From NCBI GenBank assembly GCA_041659445.1, contig JBAZYG010000001.1:390001-422000 (forward strand): DNA of 32,000 nt. The letters are read 5' to 3'. The notes under the pieces were generated by a model. The model ran no database searches and had not been told where the DNA came from. It saw only the letters and a program-made list of their open reading frames with translations. The position numbers and the translations under genes are program-made. This document shows, in pieces, positions 25,916 through 32,000 of the stretch. Within the stretch, counting starts at the first letter, position 1. Each line of letters opens with the position of its first letter. The stretch is from Candidatus Saccharimonadota bacterium (GTDB lineage: Archaea > Nanobdellota > Nanobdellia > Pacearchaeales > GW2011-AR1).

Positions 25916-26212
25916 ATGACATATAGCTATAAAACATTAGCAGAAAGATTATTGCAAGGAAAAATAATAACATTAAGCTACGAGAAATACAATGATGGAA
26001 CAAAAGAAAATCCAGATATTTTAATTAACAGACTTTGTGCAAGTATAGAAGAAACCAAAGATAAAAAAAATAAAGATTTGGTTGTTTTTTTAAATAAAGA
26101 AGATGAAGAAGAGATAAATGAAACTTATGAAATTTACCGAATGCCTTTCATAAAAGACTTAGAAAAATTAGTTTATATTTTAAAAGAAACCAGAAAACAA
26201 TCACATCTTTAA
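25916..26212 (+). CDS. hypothetical protein
   Basis: 98-aa ORF with an A/T box upstream. Confidence 0.45.
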   Translation: MTYSYKTLAERLLQGKIITLSYEKYNDGTKENPDILINRLCASIEETKDKKNKDLVVFLNKEDEEEINETYEIYRMPFIKDLEKLVYILKETRKQSHL

Positions 26213-26223
26213 TAATTAATTAA

Positions 26224-26961
26224 TTAATTTTTTGCTTTTACATATGAAATTCTATGTTGAGAGTTGTTAGCGGGATTTTTATGATAAATTCCTTTAACTA
26301 AAAAATGAATTCCTGTTTCACTTAATTCAACATTTAATGAATCTCTTGACAATGGAAAGTAACTAAATAATTGTTCTTTAACTTCATCAACAGTCAAAGA
26401 GGCTCTCAAAGAATTATAAAGATCTTCTTTTAAATTATAACTTGCATTTCCAACAAGTTCATGAATAATTTTTTTTGCTTTTTCTTCTGTTTCTGGCCTT
26501 ATCCAATCCATATGATAAAGAACTGTTCCATCTTTTGCAGAGTTTTGAATGAATCTCCAAAGTTTAGTTGGATCTTTTAAATCATGAATAAACTCTTTTG
26601 AAATTACTGCATCGAATTTTTCTCCATCAAAAGGAAAATCTTGCATTTTAGACTCATAAAAAGAAAGTTTTTTTGAAAGATCTATTCCTTCTCCTCTATA
26701 AAAATCAATCATCTTTCGTTTTGCAAGATTTATCATTTCTGGTGAGCTATCTAAAGCCTGAATAACAAAATTAGGATTTTTAGAGATTAAATTAATATCA
26801 GTTTCTCCTGAACCACAACCGATGTCTAATAAATTTTTAACTTTTGAAAATTCTTTGACAAACCCAGATTCAAAAATATTATTAAAAGATAATTTATAAG
26901 AATTGTATTCTTCAATTATCTCTGGTTTTTTTATTAATTCTTTTCCAAATATTCTTTGCAT
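26224..26961 (-). CDS. class I SAM-dependent methyltransferase
   Basis: Motif I LLDIGCGSGE, a post-I acidic residue (ALDSS) and FDAVISKEFIH (motif II/III-like). Confidence 0.8.
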   Translation of the reverse strand: MQRIFGKELIKKPEIIEEYNSYKLSFNNIFESGFVKEFSKVKNLLDIGCGSGETDINLISKNPNFVIQALDSSPEMINLAKRKMIDFYRGEGIDLSKKLSFYESKMQDFPFDGEKFDAVISKEFIHDLKDPTKLWRFIQNSAKDGTVLYHMDWIRPETEEKAKKIIHELVGNASYNLKEDLYNSLRASLTVDEVKEQLFSYFPLSRDSLNVELSETGIHFLVKGIYHKNPANNSQHRISYVKAKN

Positions 26962-27077
26962 TTTTTAACAAGAAATAAAGGGTTTATAAAAATTATTGTG
27001 ATGAAATTACTGCAATAAAACTTCTTTATTTTTCAATTCTAAAGAACATTTATAAAAAACAAGTTCCTCTATAAAAT

Positions 27078-27992
27078 ATGACAAAAAAATACGATGTAAT
27101 AATTGTTGGAGCAGGACCTGGAGGAATTACTGCTGCAGTTTATTGTTTTAGATATAATCTCAAAACACTTGTTATCGGAGAATTACCTGGAGGATATGTT
27201 GGATTAACTCACAAAATTTGCAATGTTCCAGGAGACCAAGGAGTTTCAGGGCCAGAATTAGCTAAGAAAATGATAAATCATCTTCAAAATATCGACGTTG
27301 ATTTCAAACAAGAAACTGTTCAAAGCATTTCTGGAAAAAATGGAAATTTCAAAGTAAAAACAAACAAAACAGAATATCTTGGAAAAAAAATAATTATTGC
27401 AACAGGAACAGAACATAGAAAACTGGGTTTAAAAGAAGAAGAAAAATTCTTTGGAAAAGGAATAAGTTATTGTGCAACTTGCGACGCTGGATTTTATAAA
27501 GACAAAATTGCAGGTGTTGTTGGTGGAGGAAATTCTGCTTTAACTGCAGCAATATTGTTAAGTAAATATGCTAAAGAAATATTTTTGATTTATCGAGGAA
27601 ATTCATTTTCAAAAGGAGAACCAAGATGGGTTAAAGAAGTTGAAGAAAATCCCAAAATAAAAATATTATTCAATAGCGAAGTAAAAGAAATAAAAGGAAA
27701 AGAAAAATTTGAAGGAGTTGAAATAATCACTAAAGGAAAGAAAAAAGAATTAAAATTAGACGGAGTATTCATTGAAATTGGTTCTGTACCAAATATAAAA
27801 CTTGCTGAAGAATTAAATTTAAAATTAGAAAATTTGAGCATAAAAGTTGACAAAGAAAAAAGAACAAATGTCAAGGGAGTTTATGCTATTGGAGATGTAA
27901 CTGACACTCCATTCAAACAAATTTTAACTGCTCAAGCTGATGGTGCTATTGCTGCAAATTCTGCATACATAGATTTAGGGATGGAAAAATAA
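27078..27992 (+). CDS. trxB: thioredoxin-disulfide reductase
   Basis: YDVIIVGAGPGG (FAD binding), the CATCDA redox centre, VVGGGNSA (NAD(P)H binding) and the C-terminal GDV...Q block. Confidence 0.9.
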   Translation: MTKKYDVIIVGAGPGGITAAVYCFRYNLKTLVIGELPGGYVGLTHKICNVPGDQGVSGPELAKKMINHLQNIDVDFKQETVQSISGKNGNFKVKTNKTEYLGKKIIIATGTEHRKLGLKEEEKFFGKGISYCATCDAGFYKDKIAGVVGGGNSALTAAILLSKYAKEIFLIYRGNSFSKGEPRWVKEVEENPKIKILFNSEVKEIKGKEKFEGVEIITKGKKKELKLDGVFIEIGSVPNIKLAEELNLKLENLSIKVDKEKRTNVKGVYAIGDVTDTPFKQILTAQADGAIAANSAYIDLGMEK

Positions 27993-28015
27993 ATTATATT
28001 TTCAAGAATATATAT

Positions 28016-28024
28016 CTTTAAAAA
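28016..28024 (+). promoter_or_regulatory. TATA box (ctttaaaaa)
   Basis: Ends 22 nt upstream of ATG 28046, the first gene of the three-paralog array. Confidence 0.55.
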
Positions 28025-28045
28025 TTCATTAAATTCTTTAAATGG

Positions 28046-28354
28046 ATGAACAACATTGATGAATTTTTGGAAGATGGTTTTAAAATAAGAGAATATGAAA
28101 ACAATTTATCAAAAATTATATCTGAAATAAAAAGAGAATGTGAAGTTCAAAAAGAAGAAGATTTTGATTACAAAGAGCATATAGAAATATCTGTTAACGT
28201 CTTAAAAACATTTCTAGAAGGATATAAAAAATTAATAGAAAAATATCCTGATTCAAAATTTATTAAAAATAGAAAAAAATATTTATATTTTTTTGCAAAG
28301 AAAAACTTACCTAAAGAAGTATATAAAGAGGTTTATGAAAATGAACAACATTGA
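28046..28354 (+). CDS. hypothetical protein, paralog 1 of a tandem triplet
   Basis: Begins MNNIDEFLEDG and ends EKYPDSKFIK...LPKEVYKEVYENEQH. Confidence 0.6.
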   Translation: MNNIDEFLEDGFKIREYENNLSKIISEIKRECEVQKEEDFDYKEHIEISVNVLKTFLEGYKKLIEKYPDSKFIKNRKKYLYFFAKKNLPKEVYKEVYENEQH

Positions 28355-28637
28355 TGAAATCTTAGAGGATGGTAGAAAAATTTATTTATTGATGGAAAAT
28401 TCATTATATTTTGCTGAATTAATAATGAATGAAAGGAAATATATTGAAATTCTTCCTAAGGAAAAAGAAGGTTATAGAATGACCTTAAAAAATAACTGGA
28501 AAAGATTTCAGGAATTTTCAGAAAAATACCCTAATTCTGAATTTGTTAAGGAAACAGTTGAAAGAATTCTTAATTCAGCGAAAGAAGATTTACCAGAAGA
28601 AGTATACAAGGAGATTTATGAAAATGAACAACATTGA
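28341..28637 (+). CDS. hypothetical protein, paralog 2 of a tandem triplet
   Basis: Begins MNNIDEILEDG and ends EKYPNSEFVK...LPEEVYKEIYENEQH. The sequence aagaggt lies at 28326-28332. An alternative ATG lies 6 nt upstream at 28335. The ORF-track start at 28293 is a TTG inside paralog 1. Confidence 0.6.
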   Translation: MNNIDEILEDGRKIYLLMENSLYFAELIMNERKYIEILPKEKEGYRMTLKNNWKRFQEFSEKYPNSEFVKETVERILNSAKEDLPEEVYKEIYENEQH

Positions 28638-28914
28638 TGAAATCTTGAAAGATGGAATTAGTGCTCATTATATTGGAAGGGATTCTTTAGAAGATATTTC
28701 AAAAATAAGAGAATACTCAAAATTTCCAGATAAATTATGGAAAATCGGAGATTACAAAAAAAGATTAGTTAGTTATTGGAAAGGTTTGCAAGATTTAGCT
28801 AAAAAATACCCAGATTCTGAAGTTATTAAAGAACAAACTGAAATAATTCTTAACTCGGCAAAAGAATATCTACCCGAAAATATATATAAAGAAATTTATG
28901 AATCAGAAAAATAA
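28624..28914 (+). CDS. hypothetical protein, paralog 3 of a tandem triplet
   Basis: Begins MNNIDEILKDG and ends KKYPDSEVIK...LPENIYKEIYESEK. The sequence aaggag lies at 28608-28613. An alternative ATG is at 28618. Confidence 0.6.
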   Translation: MNNIDEILKDGISAHYIGRDSLEDISKIREYSKFPDKLWKIGDYKKRLVSYWKGLQDLAKKYPDSEVIKEQTEIILNSAKEYLPENIYKEIYESEK

Positions 28915-28953
28915 ATTCAAAACATTTATTAATAGACATTTTCTAAAAACATC

Positions 28954-29178
28954 ATGGCAAAAATAAACGACGATAAGTTAGAGAATGCGTTGAATAAAGA
29001 AAAAACAGAACAACCAAGAATGTCAAAAGAAATGGAAATTGGCTTTCATCAAGGAGCTGTAACAACTCTTGTAAATGAAAGAAATGAATTTATAAAAATA
29101 GTTGGAAATGTAGACGCTATTATTTCAGCACATTTGAAAAGACTTGAAGAACTTGGTGTTAAAATTAACAAGCAATAA
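28954..29178 (+). CDS. hypothetical small protein
   Basis: 74-aa ORF with an A/T box upstream. Confidence 0.5.
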   Translation: MAKINDDKLENALNKEKTEQPRMSKEMEIGFHQGAVTTLVNERNEFIKIVGNVDAIISAHLKRLEELGVKINKQ

Positions 29179-29222
29179 TTCACCACAATAATTTTTATAA
29201 ATAGAATTTTTCTTATTTTTAA

Positions 29223-29543
29223 ATGAGTTTAGAAAACATTCAAAAAGATGTAGACGAATGGTGTTCTCAATTTGACCCGCCTTATTTCAATGCCTTGAAA
29301 CAATTAGACAAACTAAGAGAAGAAACAGAAGAAGTTGGTGAAATTTTAGAAAAAGTATGTGGAACAAATAAAGAAGAATATGAAAATTATAAAAAAGATT
29401 TAGGTGGAGAACTAGCAGATGTCCTTTTTGTTGTAGCTTGTATTGCGAACAGAGAAAAGATAAATCTTCAAAAAGAATGGAAGATAATGATGAAAGAAAG
29501 AAGATATGGAAGAGATAATAATCGGTTTAAAAGAAAACAATAA
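29223..29543 (+). CDS. MazG-like nucleotide pyrophosphohydrolase
   Basis: LREETEEVGEILE followed by GGELADVLFVVACIAN are the EExxE and ExxD helices of the all-alpha MazG/NTP-PPase fold. Confidence 0.75.
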   Translation: MSLENIQKDVDEWCSQFDPPYFNALKQLDKLREETEEVGEILEKVCGTNKEEYENYKKDLGGELADVLFVVACIANREKINLQKEWKIMMKERRYGRDNNRFKRKQ

Positions 29544-29614
29544 TTCTTATAATTTTTATTTTAGATAAGTTTTTAAGTTCATATTTATTTGAAAATTTAT
29601 AATTTGCAATTTAT

Positions 29615-29698
29615 GCGGGGGTGCCGGAGTGGTCAAACGGGCTGGACTTAAGATCCAGTAGCTTAGTGCTTGCGCAGGTCCGAATCCTGTCCCTCGCA
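29615..29698 (+). tRNA. tRNA-Leu (anticodon TAA)
   Basis: Acceptor GCGGGGG/CCCTCGC (one G:U pair); anticodon stem CTGGA/TCCAG with loop CTTAAGA; long variable arm; T arm GCAGG-TCCGAAT-CCTGT. A T-run follows. Confidence 0.85.
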
Positions 29699-29746
29699 TT
29701 TTGATAGGATGAGAACCAAGCCTAAAAAAATATTTAGATTTTTGCC

Positions 29747-29773
29747 CGCAGGTCCGAATCCTGTCCCTCGCAT
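29747..29773 (+). repeat. 27-nt direct repeat of the tRNA-Leu 3' end (identical to 29673-29699)
   Basis: The sequence cgcaggtccgaatcctgtccctcgcat is present at both positions; read directly. Confidence 0.9.
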
Positions 29774-29846
29774 AGCCATTACGCATAGGCTTCGCGAGAC
29801 ACTGAATGAAAAAGCCATTACCCATAGGCTTCGCGAGACACTGAAT
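29774..29846 (+). repeat. two-copy tandem repeat, 34-nt unit with 39-bp period (agccattac[g/c]cataggcttcgcgagacactgaat)
   Basis: Copies at 29774-29807 and 29813-29846 differ by one mismatch. Each contains the palindrome tcgcga. The repeat is GC-rich relative to its surroundings. Confidence 0.9.
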
Positions 29847-29985
29847 AACGATTTCTTTAAATTGCCTCTGATTGAAATCGCAAATAATACTTAAACTCTT
29901 AAACAAAGTTGTTCAATTGCCTCTGGCAACAACAAAAAAAATTAATCACATAAATATTTTTAAATCCAAATGCAACTAAATTTTT

Positions 29986-30303
29986 ATGGAAAATATAAAT
30001 GATTTAATTTTTTATAAAATAAAAAGTAAAATAATTCCAAACAGAAATCCAAAAAAACATTTTTTTATTTTAGAAAATCCCGAAGCTAAAACAGAATTAG
30101 AAGATTTTGTGCTTTCTGGACAATTCTGCTCTCAATTTGATTTTGAAACAGATAGCTCAAACAATTTATACGGAGTTTATCTTCCAAAAGGCTCAGAATC
30201 AGGATTAATTTATTTAAAAGAATTTAAATCAGAAATAGGTGATTTTGTTTTTATTCAGACTCCTTTAAATTATTTAGATAACTCTCTTGATTTGAAAAAT
30301 TAA
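29986..30303 (+). CDS. hypothetical protein
   Basis: 105-aa ORF with an atttttaaatcc box upstream. Confidence 0.5.
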   Translation: MENINDLIFYKIKSKIIPNRNPKKHFFILENPEAKTELEDFVLSGQFCSQFDFETDSSNNLYGVYLPKGSESGLIYLKEFKSEIGDFVFIQTPLNYLDNSLDLKN

Positions 30304-30348
30304 ATCCAAAATATTTTTATTTACTAGATTCTTGAATAATTAATAAAA

Positions 30349-31107
30349 ATGAAAAAAATTTATTTATACGGGATTTTAATTCTTGTTTTAGTTGTAATTG
30401 CTTTGAATTATGGAAAGTTAGATAATTTTGTAATTAAACAACTTTCTGAAAATGAAAATTATGAAACAGGAGTTGTTGAAAGAATTGTTGATGGAGACAC
30501 AATAAAAATAAACAATGAAAGTGTTCGATTACTTGGAATAAATTGTCCTGAAAAAGGTGAGAAATATTATTCAGAGGCAAAAGAGTTTTTAGGAAAAGAA
30601 ATCTTAAACGAATCCGTTGAAATTCATTTTGGAGAAGATAAATATGATTTATACGGCAGAAAATTAGGTTATATATTTTACAAAAACCAAAACATAAATT
30701 CTTTAGTTGTCAAAAACGGGTTTGCAAATCCTTATTTTCCTTCAGGAAAAAATTCTTATTATCCTGAATTTTTTTCTTCTTGGAATGAATGTTTAGAGAA
30801 TGAATTGAACTTGTGTGAAAAATCACAAGACAAATGTTCAGAATGTATTATTTTAAAAGAATGGGGTACAAAAAACCAATTGGTGATTTTAAAAAATACT
30901 TGTGATTTTTCGTGTGACTTAACAGGTTGGACAATAAAAGATGAAGGAAGGAAGAAATTCGTTTTTGAAAAAACAATTTTGGAAAAAAACTCAATTATTG
31001 AAATTTCTGCACAAGATTTTAATGAAACTTATGTTTGGACTAGTTCTGGTGATACTATTTATATAAGAGACAACCAAGGCAAGCTTGTTTTATGGGAAAA
31101 CTACTAA
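30349..31107 (+). CDS. secreted or membrane-anchored thermonuclease (SNase) fused to a lamin-tail-like domain
   Basis: N-terminal anchor IYLYGILILVLVVIAL. SNase blocks are VDGDTIKI...VRLLGINCPE...YGRKLGYIF...LVKNGFA. The C-terminal ILKNTCDFSCDLTGWTIKDEGRKKFVF resembles the LTD pattern (L.N......L.GW.L.D.....F.F). Confidence 0.8.
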   Translation: MKKIYLYGILILVLVVIALNYGKLDNFVIKQLSENENYETGVVERIVDGDTIKINNESVRLLGINCPEKGEKYYSEAKEFLGKEILNESVEIHFGEDKYDLYGRKLGYIFYKNQNINSLVVKNGFANPYFPSGKNSYYPEFFSSWNECLENELNLCEKSQDKCSECIILKEWGTKNQLVILKNTCDFSCDLTGWTIKDEGRKKFVFEKTILEKNSIIEISAQDFNETYVWTSSGDTIYIRDNQGKLVLWENY

Positions 31108-31169
31108 AATGTTTTTATTCTTGCAGAGACAAAGATTTATAAAGAAAATCTCCTATAAAAAAGTATAAA

Positions 31170-32000
31170 ATGGAAGCAAAAAAATACCTTTTTCCAGTAA
31201 TGATTTTATTAAGTTTATTTTTGATTTGCTTTGTTAGTTCTGCCACAGAATTAACAATGTTTCATGTAAATTCTGTAGAAGATAATTCTAGTTTTATAGA
31301 TGACTCTTATGCAATGGATATGCAAAATGATTTCTTATATATTGGGGGCAATGTTCAAGGCTTTCAAATTGTTGATGTTTCTGATTCTGCAAATCCAGTT
31401 GTAACAGGATACTTGAATACTTTAAACGGAATAATTGATTTAAAAGTCCAAGGAAATTATGTTTATGCTGTTTCTCTTACTAGTCCTAGTGACTTGAATA
31501 TAATTGACATTTCTGATTCTGCAAATCCTGTAATTACAAACACAGTTACTTTAAACGGACAAGCTTCTGGAATAGATGTTGATTCTTTAGAAAGTTATGC
31601 TTATGTAGTTTATTCTGATAATTCAAATTTGGAAATAGTAAATCTTAGTGATAATTCAATAATAACTCCTTCATATGATTTAACAACAACTGCAAATGAT
31701 ATTTTAGTTGATGGAAATTATGCTTATGTTGTTTCAAGTGCTTCTGAATTAAAAATTTTAGATATTACTGATTTATCAAGCATTACTCAAGTTTCAATTT
31801 TAACAGATGACGGCACAACAGCATTGAATGGGGCTTGGTCAATTTTCAAAGAAGGAAATTACTTATATATTTTATCTTCAGAGGGTTTTGAAATAATTAA
31901 CGTCTCTGACCCTTTAACTCCAACTTTAATGAAAGCAGTTTACAAAACAGATGCAATTTTAAACAACCACGATGTTAACGGAATTTTTGTAAAAAATAAT
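31170..32000 (+). CDS. LVIVD-repeat (beta-propeller) surface protein, 5' partial; runs off the window
   Basis: Absent from the ORF track because no stop falls inside the window. ATG 31170 has a gatttataaag box about 30 nt upstream. Signal peptide MEAKKYLFPVMILLSLFLICFVSSA. Repeats have the form GNY.Y.....L.I.D.SD...P (e.g. FQIVDVSDSANPV, LNIIDISDSANPV, LKILDITDLSS, FEIINVSDPLTP). Confidence 0.7.
   Translation, partial: MEAKKYLFPVMILLSLFLICFVSSATELTMFHVNSVEDNSSFIDDSYAMDMQNDFLYIGGNVQGFQIVDVSDSANPVVTGYLNTLNGIIDLKVQGNYVYAVSLTSPSDLNIIDISDSANPVITNTVTLNGQASGIDVDSLESYAYVVYSDNSNLEIVNLSDNSIITPSYDLTTTANDILVDGNYAYVVSSASELKILDITDLSSITQVSILTDDGTTALNGAWSIFKEGNYLYILSSEGFEIINVSDPLTPTLMKAVYKTDAILNNHDVNGIFVKNN

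Noticed and set aside
28293-28340. Long N-terminal extensions of paralogs 2 and 3 (ORF-track starts 28293 and 28543)
   Set aside because: The 28293 start is a TTG, and both extensions lie inside the preceding paralog. Homology among the three proteins begins at MNNIDE. SD-like sequences sit just upstream of the internal ATGs.
29707-29805. C/D-box sRNA downstream of tRNA-Leu (ggatgag as the C box, ctga as the D box)
   Set aside because: The C-box match is imperfect. The box spacing of about 95 nt is far longer than the typical archaeal C/D sRNA, and I could not find C'/D' boxes in a sensible arrangement. The general possibility of a small RNA is retained in the finding.
29774-29846. Possible mini-CRISPR array (two 34-nt repeats)
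   Set aside because: There are only two copies, separated by 5 nt, so there is no spacer-sized interval. No cas genes occur in the window.
29556-29906. ORF-track entries 29556-29906 (-) and 29670-29894 (+) as protein-coding genes
   Set aside because: They overlap tRNA-Leu, its 27-nt duplicate and the GC-rich tandem repeat. The long open frames simply reflect the local absence of A/T-rich stop codons. The translated repeats (ITHRLRETLN twice) mirror the DNA repeat.
1-32000. Alternative genetic code (stop-codon reassignment)
   Set aside because: The long conserved genes (ileS, argS, smc, trxB) read through without in-frame TGA, TAG or TAA. They end where homologues are expected to end.

Overview
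The window is very AT-rich, roughly 70% A+T by eye (not computed), and gene-dense with short intergenic spacers. It looks archaeal. Evidence: diphthine synthase, an archaeal-type D-aminoacyl-tRNA deacylase (DtdA), a TrmB regulator, an archaeal class III (pilin-like) signal peptide, and an initiator tRNA with A1:U72. TATA boxes also sit about 22 nt upstream of start codons, implying leaderless mRNAs. The many small unrecognisable ORFs, secreted nuclease, adhesin-like surface proteins and peptidoglycan-lytic domain fit a reduced, host-dependent (DPANN-like) archaeon; that placement is inference only. Housekeeping calls I can support from motifs are SMC, RNase HII, IleRS, ArgRS, TrxB, Dph5, DtdA, MscL, TrmB, a TauE/SafE permease, a SAM methyltransferase and MazG. 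There are four tRNAs: Ser-GGA, initiator Met, Ser-GCU and Leu-UAA. Main second-look items: (1) the SMC has canonical SMC heads but no visible hinge, and carries a Rad50-like CPxC zinc hook exactly at its midpoint. (2) A 27-nt copy of the tRNA-Leu 3' end lies 47 nt downstream of the gene and is followed by a GC-rich island with a 39-bp-period tandem repeat. (3) Three tandem paralogous ~95-aa genes are joined by a conserved out-of-frame stop/start overlap. (4) An HNH endonuclease and a RusA-like resolvase form a 1-nt-spaced gene pair. (5) Large surface proteins include a YadA-head-like repeat protein and a pilin-signal vWA protein with a domain inserted into the vWA fold. I found no CRISPR array, rRNA, integrase or transposase. 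All homology statements come from motif recognition by eye; no database search was run.
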